A stretch of 33,461 nucleotides of DNA, from the NCBI RefSeq assembly GCF_001194135.2, contig NC_069002.1, forward strand, positions 10,736,457 to 10,769,917, written 5' to 3'. The stretch's first letter is position 1. Every line of letters begins with the position of its first letter. This DNA comes from Octopus bimaculoides (taxonomy: Eukaryota). The notes under the pieces are model-generated. The model did no database searches. It saw nothing but the letters and a program-made list of their open reading frames with translations, and was not told where the DNA came from. This document shows, one piece after another, positions 23,491 to 33,461 of the stretch. A program made the translations under genes and the position numbers.

Positions 23491-23870
23491 GTTGTTGGCA
23501 CTCCGTCGCTTACGACGTCGAGGGTTCCAGTTGATCCGATCAACGGAACAGCCTGCTCGTGAAATTAACGTGCAAGTGGCTGAGCACTCCACAGACACGT
23601 GTACCCTTAACATAGTTCTCGGGGATTTTCAGCGTGACACAGTGTGACAAGGCCGACCCTTTGAATTACAGGCACAGCAGAAAGTAAGAGTGAGAGAAAG
23701 TTGTGGTGAAAGAGTACAGCAGGGTTCGCCACCATCCCCTGCCGGAGCCTCGTGGAACTTTAGGTGTTTTCGCTCAATAAACACTCACAACGCCCGGTCT
23801 GGGAATCGAAACCGCAATCCTATGACCGCGAGTCCGCTGCCCTAACCACTGGGCCATTGCGCCTCCACAT
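23491..23870 (-). mobile_element. Full-length SINE family B (tRNA head) with target-site duplication
   Basis: 5' ATGTGGAGGCGCAATGGCCCAGTGGTTAGG, B box GTTTCGATTCCC, 3' ...GGAGTGCCAACAAC; 10-bp TSD GTAAAGGAAT (23481-23490) / GTAAAGGGAT (23871-23880). Confidence 0.9.
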
Positions 23871-24618
23871 GTAAAGGGATATACATCCATATATACACTC
23901 ACGTGGATACATTATAAAAACTCTAAAATGCTAATGGTGAATCATATGGTTACATTCAATATATATGGAACACGGAAAGCGAAATAGATTTTAAGGTCGA
24001 GGGAATACGTTCATAAAAACAAATTAAAATAGTTAAGTGAATATTGAGAATTTGTTATATTCTATATGTGTATACTTATTTGATTACATGTAAGTTTTAA
24101 AATTTGGTGAAATTCCGACTTTTTATATTTTGGCATGAAAAGTTTCGTTCTAAATATCGGTTGAAAATTAGTGTTTTAGAAAAACGAATTTCGAAGATCT
24201 TGGTTGTGCACAGGTTGCAAAGATTTCCGTGTTTCCATTATAAGATGTGTCTTCGGTTGATGTTTTGGTTGATGTTGTTATCAAATCCCAAATAAAACCG
24301 CAGTGGAGTATTATTTTCTGTATGTGTGTATGTGTGTACTTTGTATGGTGCACTGGTAAATTCCAAGAGGCAGTTGTTGGAGGTCATGAATTTGAAATTA
24401 TTAGCGTTTGGTTTGGTTGTAGACTGGTTTAATCCAGACAAGTTGGAAGAAGTAAGAATATGAGATAAAGTAGAAGTGGTGGAGTAAGATATTTTTATTG
24501 TAATGTTATCAAACCTTTTGTCATTTTGCACTGTACAGGGATGTATTTCTTAAGTAAGATAAGTGTATCTTTGTTACTAGGGTAGCAACGACTGAATTAA
24601 AAGGAAGATCATTAAATA

Positions 24619-24714
24619 CCTTTGTTTAGGTCTCCTGATTCTTTTCTGCGACATTCTAATCACATATCCAAAGCACTGGAGCTGTGACCTTTCAATATGA
24701 AGCAGCGGCTCCAC
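24619..24714 (-). pseudogene. RTE-clade (Expander/Rex3-like) LINE C-terminal remnant
   Basis: VEPLLHIERSQLQCFGYVIRMSQKR matches the LL.IERSQLRW.GH..RM motif at the end of RTE ORFs. Confidence 0.7.
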
Positions 24715-25096
24715 ATAGTGAAAGGGGAGGGTAGAGAGGAACAGTATAATAGAAGTACAGAGAAATGAGAAGCACACATAATATGCAGTGTGGATGGAGG
24801 TGAGAGAAGAATGTACGGGGAAAGCGATTGAGGTCAGAGGTACATAGGGAAAAAACAGTATATATACTATTTAATGTATATTAAATATATTTTGTAAGGT
24901 ACATATGAAAACTTGATTTGTTATAACATTGCCGTAATATTTTAAATCATATTGTGCAAACTTAACGCTTGTCTTATTTTTGGTAGATTTAATTCATTCA
25001 GAGACTATCAAATTATTTATTACAAGCAGTAGGAGTAAAATCCCCCTTAAGTCTTTATATAATTTGGACTGGTATTTCTTTAATAATAACTCATGT

Positions 25097-25253
25097 ATAA
25101 GGTGAAGAAATAGATGTGTGGTTAAGAAACTTGCTTCACAACCAGCTGGTTTCAGGTTCAGTCCCCCTGTGTGGAATTTTGAGTCAATCAATGCCTTGCG
25201 AGTGAATTTGGTAAATGAAAACTGTGTGGAAGCCAATCGAGTGTGTACATATA

Positions 25254-25294
<41 letters not shown>

Positions 25295-25540
25295 ATTTGT
25301 GTGTCTATCTGCATGTGTCTTTATGACTGTATTCGTCACCTCAGCGCCTTGCTTGATAAGCAAAGTTAGCTTGTTTACATCTCAGTAACTTAGTAGTTTA
25401 GCAAAAAAGATCAGCAAAATAAGAACCGGACTTTAAACAAAACAGAAGTACTGGGGTCGATTCATTCAACTAAAATCCTTCAAGGTAGCGCCCCAGCATG
25501 GCCACAGTCCAGTGACTGAAACAAGCAAAAGACAAAAGAT
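25097..25540 (+). mobile_element. SINE family A, diverged near full-length copy
   Basis: Head, (TG)n spacer and 3' ggggtcgatt...cagcatggccacagtc..gactgaaacaag all recognisable. Confidence 0.75.
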
Positions 25541-27171
25541 AACCTATCAGTTTTTGCAGAGTAAATTAACCTAATAAAAGTTTTCTGTTTTAAATTCGCT
25601 TTATGGTTCTTTATGGTACTTAAATGTAAAGTAAGGCTGCTGTGTTTTATTGATTCAGTGCTGTCATCAGAGTTAAGGACGGACATAGCTTTTTTTTGGC
25701 CATTAGTATTAATCTCCTGGTGTTCCAGTTAGCTTTCCAGGAAGTTTTTGAAGTTGGAAGCAGATACAAATCTGAAGTGATAAGTGTTCTGTATTTCATA
25801 ATGATTTTCATAGTTCATCAGATTGCACAAAGTTTTATTAGAATTTTTAATTTCCCTCGGTATGACAGATAATTCCGTCTGGAAGATATCGCTGAATTTT
25901 CTAAATTTAAAATGTTTCACAAAGGAAAACATTTTGTCTTCACCTCGCTGGAGTAGTTTGTAATTGGTAGGCAATTGTTTGACTCAAAGCCAAATCTGAA
26001 GTTTGTCCAGTTATGTTGTTTATCGAAGAACGTAACCGACCACCTACGTCTTGCAATGATCTGGGTTTTTTTTTTTGCATTTGGTTCTCAAGATAAATTT
26101 TTTCAAACAGTTATAACTACATTTTGGTAGATATATTGATTTTTTTTTGTTTCAGTAATTTTGCACTGTGGTTGGTAAAGGACTGCAGAGGAAACGACCT
26201 TTATATCATTTTGAATTTTGGCACAAGGTGCCAAAATAATGGCATCTTGATAAAAAAAAAAAAAATTGATAAGAAAAAAAGAAGCAATTTTAGAGGGAGA
26301 AGTTTTAACGATTACATCGACCTCAGCAATTGACTAGTACTTTATTTCATCGACTCTAGAGGATGAACTGCAAAGTTGACCTGGGTGGGATTTGAACTCG
26401 GAAAGTAAAGAATCAGAAGAAACAATGCTAAGTATTCTATCCATTACAGAGAACCCCAGGCTTTCTTCATCCTTTGTAGAAATGTTGTCACTTTGTCAGC
26501 TTCTAACAAAATTTCTTCAAAGCCATCCAATCATTTTGGACTATAGTCCTCTCGCAATATGTTTCTTTAAGATAGCATCAAGCTATTCAGCAATTCTCTG
26601 AGCTTGGAGTGTAATTTGAAAGATTATAGCTTGGCGGAAAGGTGTTTTTCTGTTTGTGAGTTTTTATTGTACCATAGATATATTCTAGATTAAACTCTCT
26701 TGTGTATTGAACAGGAACAGATCCTATTTGTGCGTTAACAGATGTAATTTACTTATCTGGTTTAATTTTTAGTTGTACAGCATCATTGTTCTTAATACTG
26801 ACAAATTGACTGTTATCATTGCATTGCATATTGTTGATTTTTTAAAAATGTATTCGTCTTTGTTCATTATAACCCAGCTCTTATCGCTTCTACATATTAC
26901 AATTTTATTGTCGAGCTTTTCTGTTTTTGATCCTATATAGCTAGATTAAGATTATCGCTAAGTACGTATTATGTGAGTTTTTTTGTAGTTGTGTTTGTAT
27001 CTGCTTGTTTTCTTCACACCTGAATAAGTCTCACAGATTGTCGCCAATTCTTATTATGCTTTTATCATCGAAAGTCTCTCCAGAGACTGATAAAGCAATT
27101 CAAGTTCAGTTTATTCTTCTGTTTTGGTCGTAATTTCCTTTTAGATGATAATTTGTGCCGATGCTTGGGTG

Positions 27172-27203
<32 letters not shown>

Positions 27204-28468
27204 TAAACACGCACACATACATACATACATGTACACACATATATACTCACACATACATAAATAGATATACATACATGCACAAGTACATGTATACATACAT
27301 ACGTGCTTACATACTCACACAGACATACATATGTAGTGATATCACCTTTTATAGAAAATACGTTGTAAATATGAGTTTCATGCAAAACCAACAAATCGAT
27401 TAGTTAATTAATTAATTAAACAATCAGCAGACAACCAATATTAGCTGCCAATATTGGAATATTTAAAATATACAAGAATTTCAATGGTAGCACAATGTTG
27501 AGTAATAAATGTTTTAAGGGTGAAACTTATAAGATTTCAGCTTCATACCAAGAGATTTTAAAAAACATTTGTTGCTAGTTTTAGCCTGAGGCTGTGGTTA
27601 TGCTAGGGCACCACCATTAAAATTATAATCGTCCGTAGAAGGACTTAAACTAGCGTCTTTCAGATTTCATCAATTCATAAAAGTCTGATGTTCTGCTGCC
27701 TGAGCTATGCAGGCCGACAAAATCCACCCCCAAGGCATTGGTCAGTCAGGGACTATAGTGAAAGATACTTGTCCAAAGTGCCACGCATTATAACTATACC
27801 TGAAACTGAAAATATCTTTTAACACTTTTACTCGCTTCAGTCATTTGACTGCGGCCATGCTGGAGCACTGCCTTTAGTCGAGCTAATCGACCCCAGGACT
27901 TATTATTTGTAAGCCTAGTACTTATTCTATCGGTCTCTATCGGTTAGCATTATATATATAAGAAAATGAAAAATAATAATAAGGCAGAATGCTAAACTGG
28001 AAGCATATTTTAATAAAGATTTCTAACCGGCTTTCATTGCGAAAGCAAATTTTCAAGAAGAGGGAGAATGAAAATGTTTTTTACAAAGAAGTACAAAATG
28101 AAGAAAATAATATATTAAAAAAATAATATATAAAAAAATAAATATACCAATACATTATATTGTCTTTGAGCTTTTGAAGTTCAATGGTAGTTCATGTATA
28201 TAATGGTTGGAAAAATAAGGATGCATGAGAATTGAGAGTTGTGTTAGGTTTAAAAAAAGGGTTAAAAGTTTGTGTTAAGCAGGAAGTGTGGTGTCAAAAC
28301 AGGAAGTGTGTGTAAGGGGAGACAAATGTTTTTAGTTGGAGTTATGAACTCTTTTTCAACAGNNNNNNNNNNNNNNNNNNNNNNNNNNNNNNNNNNNNNN
28401 NNNNNNNNNNNNNNNNNNNNNNNNNNNNNNNNNNNNNNNNNNNNNNNNNNNNNNNNNNNNNNNNNNNN

Positions 28469-28498
<30 letters not shown>

Positions 28499-28502
<4 letters not shown>

Positions 28503-28635
28503 GACGGGCTTCTTTTAGTTTCTGTCTCCCAAATCCACTCACAAGGCTTTGGTCGGCTCGAAGCTATAGTAGAAGACACTTGGGACTGAACGCGGAACCA
28601 TGTGGTTGGTAAGCAAGCTACTTACCACACAGCCG
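28499..28635 (-). mobile_element. SINE family A 5' half with internal deletion
   Basis: atacgacgggcttc...aaatccactcacaaggc...gaaccatgtggttggtaagcaagctacttaccacacagcc. Confidence 0.85.
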
Positions 28636-29127
28636 GACAAACTTATGAAAATGATTTAGACTGGCGAGGGGTTAAAGGCTTTGCGATTTTCGTGTGGTCA
28701 AAACTTTATTGGTTGCTATAAACGATATACTTCTAGATAGAAGAGATGATAACCTAGATGAAATACATCATTTTCTCTCGTTTAAACATCATCAGACCTT
28801 AATTGTAATTTATGGTAGTGAAATACGCAATTACTTTCTATATAATGATAATGCTGATGTCTTTTATTGCTAGGAGGGCGACAGTTAGAGTATATTACAA
28901 GGACAAATTATAATGGGGTGGGGAGGACATACAACACTAATAATGTTTCCAAGTTTTGGCAAAAGGCCACGTAATTGTGGGAATGGATTTTGCTTAGGGG
29001 TTGCAAACCCAAGCTGGAAATTCTTTTGCAAACAAGTTCAATGTTTTTGTTAAATGTTACTAACAAAACACACATAGAAATACTACTACTACTACTACTA
29101 TTACTACTGCTGATGTTGATGGTGCTG

Positions 29128-29364
29128 CTTTCAAGTTTTGGCACAAGGCCAGCAATTTCAAGGGAGGGTGTAAGTCGATTAGATCGACTCCTAGGATTCA
29201 ACTGGTAATTATGTCATCGACCTTGGAAGGATGAAAGGCAAAGTCGACCTTGGTGGTATTTGAACCCAGGATGTAATGATAGATGATATGCTGCTAAGCA
29301 TTTCGACCGGTGTGCTAACGATTCTGCCAGCTCACCAGACTTACAACTACTATTGCTGCTGCTG

Positions 29365-29397
<33 letters not shown>

Positions 29398-29855
29398 ATA
29401 ATAATAATAATGATAATGACAACAACAATAGTAATCCCTTCTGCTATAGGCACAATTTTTGGGTCAATCATATTGACCCCAGTGCTCCACTGATAATTAT
29501 TTTATCGACCCTGAAAGGATGAAAGGTAAAGTTGACCTTGACAGAATTTGAACTCAGGCCGTAAAGATGAACAAAATGCCACTAAGCATTTTGCCTGGCG
29601 TGCTAACGATTCTGCCAGCTTACCACCTAACAATAATAATAATAATAATATTCCTTTTTTTCTATAAGCATAAGACCTGAAATTTGAGGGCAGATGACTA
29701 GTTGGATACATCGACCCCAGTGCTCAACTAGTACATATTTTATAGACCCTGAAGGGATGAAATGCAAAGTCAACCTTGGTAGAATTTGTACTCAGAACGT
29801 AAAAATGGATGAAATGCTATTAACCATTTTGCTCAGCATTCTAACAATTCTGCCA
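29128..29855 (-). mobile_element. Three head-to-tail copies of SINE family C (29128-29342, 29433-29628, 29649-29855)
   Basis: Each has (rc) ggcacaag...tcgaccccag...tatcgacc..gaaggatgaaaggcaaagtcgacct...atttgaac...gctaagcatt...gctaacgattctgccagct, separated by (CTA)/(ATA)n. Confidence 0.9.
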
Positions 29856-29873
29856 TTGTTTTTTTTTTTTCAG

Positions 29874-30017
29874 AACTTGTCAATGAAAGTGCCTTAAAGA
29901 TTCCTGTGAAACCAAGTGTGGACACAGAAGTGAAATCATTGAAGCACATCCTGAATCCACACTTGAGAGAAACTGTTCTACACCCAACCAATCCTTTTCA
30001 AGTTGAGCTCCTCTCTG
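29874..30017 (+). CDS. Internal coding exon (144 bp, phase 1-1) of an unidentified protein-coding gene
   Basis: T-run polypyrimidine tract + CAG (29871-29873) and GTATGT donor (30018-30023). Length is a multiple of 3 and the frame is open: (E)LVNESALKIPVKPSVDTEVKSLKHILNPHLRETVLHPTNPFQVELLS(G). Unique, non-repetitive sequence. Confidence 0.8.
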
Positions 30018-30143
30018 GTATGTAAACACCTCGTTCATTCATTCCTCTTCTGCCTCCTCTTCCTCCCACATTCTTTTTCCCTCCCTTCCTCCTCTCTGCT
30101 ACTCCACCCCCTCCTTCACTGCACCCCAGGGAAGATCTTCAAA

Positions 30144-30216
30144 CACTAGCTCAGCCTTGGTGATCTTGGCCACTAGCTCAACCTTGGTGATCTTGGCCAC
30201 TAGCTCAACCTTGGTG
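30144..30216 (+). repeat. 27-bp tandem repeat x2.7 (intronic)
   Basis: CACTAGCTCA(G/A)CCTTGGTGATCTTGGC at 30144 and 30171, partial at 30198. Confidence 0.95.
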
Positions 30217-30331
30217 TCCCAGGTAGAGTGGTTGGTGTCTTTCCCAACTGCGCCCCGCCCATAATAATTCATGGGATTACAATCAGGAGAATGAGGAGGC
30301 CAGGAATATAAGACGGATTTCTTTCAGTTTC

Positions 30332-30544
30332 TTTTCTACTCTAGGCATAAGACCTGAAATTTTTGGGGAGGGGGCTAGTCGATTAGAAGAACACCAGTAT
30401 GCAACTGGTATTTAATTTATCAACCCTGAAAGGGTGAAAGGCAAAGTGAACCTCGGCGGAATTTGAACTCAGAGCGTAACGGCAGACGAAATACCGCTAA
30501 GCATTTTTGCCGGCGTGCTAACGATTCTACTAGCTCGCCGCCTT
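30332..30544 (-). mobile_element. SINE family C nested in a SINE-A copy
   Basis: Near-consensus copy flanked by TTCTTTCAGTTTC at 30319-30331 and 30543-30555. Confidence 0.9.
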
Positions 30545-30927
30545 CTTTCAGTTTCTGTCTACCAAATCCACTCACAAGGCTTTGGTCAGCCTGAGTCTCC
30601 CAAGGTGCCACACAGTGAGACTGAACCTGGAATCATGTGGTTGGAGAGCAAGCTTCTTACCACACAGCCAGGCCTGCGCCTGTGTTCGTATGTTTTATGT
30701 TTGTCTTGAATTTCCTCATATAGCACTCCTACCACTACTACTTATTTGTTTTTTTTTCTAGATATTCTTATTTAAATAAGTTCAAATGCGTGCCCTATCT
30801 GATTTGCCAAAAGAACAAATTGTGTGTGTGTGTGTGCGTGTGTTTGTGTGTGTGTGTGTGTGTGTGTAGATACTCACTCACACATATAGATGCAAACATC
30901 TATTTGTAGTAAACTGTTTTTTTATAG

Positions 30928-31163
30928 GTTGTCCGTTGGAGCACCACCAGTCTGAAATAATTGCTAGGCGGTCCCAGTCTGTTTTCAAGAAACACCTTCA
31001 GGTGATATATCCAATATCTTCCAAACTTTGGTCAGAAGAAATGGAAGAAAATGAATGGAGAGATAATGAAATCGTGACAGTTCTTCAGAAACAGATATCG
31101 ACATCAGACAACCAAATCAGGAGAGGATTTCTACGTTGGGTGGCATTGCCTGAAGTTATAGAG
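30928..31163 (+). CDS. Internal coding exon (236 bp, phase 1-0), spliced in frame to the 29874-30017 exon
   Basis: ctgtttttttaTAG acceptor (AG 30926-30927) and GAG|GTAATA donor (31164). The phase-1 start completes GGT (Gly) with the G left by the previous exon. Open frame CPLEHHQSEIIARRSQSVFKKHLQVIYPISSKLWSEEMEENEWRDNEIVTVLQKQISTSDNQIRRGFLRWVALPEVIE; phase 0 hits a stop early. Protein family not recognised. Confidence 0.8.
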
Positions 31164-31178
31164 GTAATAATAAAACCG

Positions 31179-32107
31179 TTTTCAAATTTTGGCCAGCAAT
31201 TTCAGGAGACAGAGTAAGTTAATTAAATCGATCCCCAATGCTTAATTGGTACTAATTCTAATGACCCCGAAAGGCTGGAAAGTAAAGTTGACCATGATGG
31301 AATTTGAACTCAGAATATAAAGCCAAATGAAATGGTATTGATTCTGCTCACTCATCATGTTAAGATAATAATGGTACTGGTTTCAAATTTTGATGCAAAG
31401 CCAGCAGTTTCAGGGGACAGTATACGTTGATTAAATCTACTCAATACTTAACTGGTGCTAATTTCTATCACCCCCAAAAGGATAAAAGGCATAATCGACT
31501 TCAGCTGGATTTGAGCTCAGAACACAAAGACAGTTGATATGCCATTGAGCATCTTGCCTGGCATGCTAACCATTCTGCCAGATCACTGTCTTAACCCATT
31601 ACCTTCCATAATTCTATCAACTGGAATTTTTTTTATGAAACTTTGATTTCTAGCATAAAACAGCCTTAGAAACACACTGGAATGATCAAAATAACATTTT
31701 AAATAGAAATAAGCGAGGTATTGGGTGAAAAATAGCAAACCTCATTTGAATATCAGAGAAATAATCCTAGTAGATATAGCAAAAAGGTTAGATATGTGTA
31801 AATATTGACAGGTAATTACAAAATTTGTAATTTTTAAGTGATCTCATATGAGATCACTGGTAGGTAATGGATTAAGGTAATAATAGTATTAACTTCGAAT
31901 TTTGGTACAAGGCCAGCATTTGGGGGTGGGGCAGGTGTAAATTGATTATATTGATCCTAGTGTTTGACTGATACTTATTTTATTGACCCGAAAGAATGAG
32001 AGGCAAAGTTGACCTTGGCAAAATTTGAGGTCAGACTATAAAGATGGATCAAATGCCGCTAAGAATTTTGTCTGGCAATGCTAATGATTCTGCCAACTCG
32101 CAGCCTT
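31179..32107 (-). mobile_element. Three further SINE-C copies (31179-31357, 31378-31592, 31893-32107), with the MITE between the last two
   Basis: Same diagnostic motifs, more diverged. Additional C copies at 26212-26437(-), 32530-32655(-) and 10160-10230(-). Confidence 0.8.
31595..31871. mobile_element. piggyBac-type MITE (277 bp) with intact TTAA target duplication
   Basis: TTAA 31591-31594 and 31872-31875; TIR CCCATTACCTTCCA / TGGTAGGTAATGGA; subterminal perfect 22-bp palindrome at 31837-31858. Confidence 0.85.
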
Positions 32108-32147
32108 GTTCATATTAATGAACAATGAATTCTCGCAGAAACGGGTA

Positions 32148-32527
32148 TCTTTTATCTTTTACTCATTTTAGTCATTGGATTGTGACCATGCTGGGGCACT
32201 GAAGGGTCTAGTTGAACAAATTGACTCCGGTACTTATTTTAAAGTTTAGCACTTAGTTTATTGGTCTCTTTTGCCAAACTGCTGAGTTACAGGAATGTAA
32301 ACAAACGAAGGATGGTTGTCAAGTAATGGTGGTAGACAAACACAAACACAAAGTCACTCTTTCTCCCTTTTCCCTTGATAAGCTTCTTTCAGTTTCCATC
32401 TACCAAATCCACTCACAAGGTTTTGGTCGGCCCAAAGCTATAGTGGAAGTCACTTGCCTAGCATGTGAACCCAGAACCATGTGGTTGGGAAGCAAACTCC
32501 TTAACAAACATTCATACTGGCACCTAT
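32148..32527 (-). mobile_element. SINE family A, diverged copy
   Basis: Both halves present in reverse complement (tttactcatttt..gtcattggattgtgaccatgctgg ... gaaccatgtggttgggaagcaa). Further partial A copies lie near 2518-2615(-), 18440-18600(+), 19030-19155(-), 21989-22130(-), 27717-27945(-) and 30543-30680(-). Confidence 0.75.
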
Positions 32528-33124
32528 GAATTGTTTTTGCAAAGGGGATATCTGATTATTTCAATCGCATTTCTAAACTGATATTTATTTTATCAACCCC
32601 TGGAAGGTTGAAAGGCAAAATGAATCTCAGCAAGATTTGAACTCAGCATGTAAAGTACCACTACTACATACCACTCTAAACATGCTAGAAATAGAAGTCA
32701 AAATGACTCTAAAACCACACCCATTGTGCACTCCTTTAGCACTGGTGAAAGGCGAGGGGATGAACAAAAGGATTTAGCAAATTTTTATATATATGTATAT
32801 ATATGTTCATGTATTTATATATATTTGCATGTATGTGTGTATGTATATATATAAGCTTAAAACTCATGGTGATCACCGTGCAATGATTAAGGAAAATAGT
32901 TTAATAGTGGGGCACGTAAGTCCTCAACAGAAAAAACAAAGGCTTTCCTATCCTCTGTTGAGGGCTTATATGCCCCTTTATTAGACTATTTTCCTTAGTC
33001 ATTGCATGGTGATCGCCATAAGCTTTTAGCTTATATAAAAATACCATTATTATTATTATTTACAGGATTGCAAAATACAGCGCCATATAACAAAACCATT
33101 TACACCAAAAACATATATACACAC

Positions 33125-33155
<31 letters not shown>

Positions 33156-33461
33156 ACTGTTGTAGTCTTTTTGGAGAGGTCATAGGAATAAGTGGCTATC
33201 ATTTAGTAACAGCAGTTCTATGTTTTAAATGAAACAATATTGTATTTCCAAGACTGATTCCTACTTTTGCATCACACCAGTTTGAATCTTGTTAACGGCT
33301 AAAAAGGACCTGTCGAGATTCTTCAAGATTTTTGTTTCTTTATATATATATATATATATATGGGTTTTTTTAAATCAGTGCTTTTTTTTTTTTTTTTTTC
33401 CACTGCCTCTGAAGAGGACCTTTGAGATAATGACCTTTTTGAACTTTTTGAAGTTGAAAAA

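Noticed and set aside
25990-26060. RRRWSVTFFDKQHN on the minus strand, reminiscent of the W.V..F...HNH motif of FAR1/MULE domains
   Set aside because: Too short, the HNH is incomplete and there is no supporting transposase sequence.
26215-26237. 10-bp-arm hairpin ATTTTGGCAC-aag-GTGCCAAAAT at a SINE-C tail
   Set aside because: Most simply a small templated inversion within one SINE copy; no evidence of function.
27058-27095. Hairpin gctttatca-tcgaa-agtctc-tcca-gagac-tgataaagc with GAAA, superficially hammerhead-like
   Set aside because: No CTGANGA or stem II, and a G at the would-be cleavage position; a simple bulged hairpin.
30144-30216. 27-bp direct repeats as a CRISPR-like array
   Set aside because: Contiguous with no spacers, eukaryotic intronic context, no cas genes.

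Overview
AT-rich, repeat-dense eukaryotic DNA with many N gaps. The SINE/MITE repertoire looks like octopus (Octopodidae) genomic DNA; this is an inference from recalled repeat families, not a database result. Most of the window is microsatellite/low-complexity sequence plus at least five tRNA-headed or related SINE families (labelled A, B, C, D, F here), TTAA-type (piggyBac-like) MITEs, and decayed piggyBac, mariner, Penelope-like, RTE and CR1/Jockey-like coding remnants. Nearly all ORF-track entries are microsatellite or gap artefacts. The non-repeat signals are: (1) two in-phase spliced coding exons of an unidentified + strand gene (29874-30017, 30928-31163) that the ORF track misses or only partly shows; (2) an orphan ~215-bp 28S rRNA fragment (minus strand) with an internal 21-bp duplication, lying between an 88-bp inverted repeat; (3) several hammerhead-ribozyme-like motifs of the Penelope type; (4) a 93-bp near-perfect palindrome; (5) microhomology-joined SINE chimeras and a same-strand SINE array packed around the exons.
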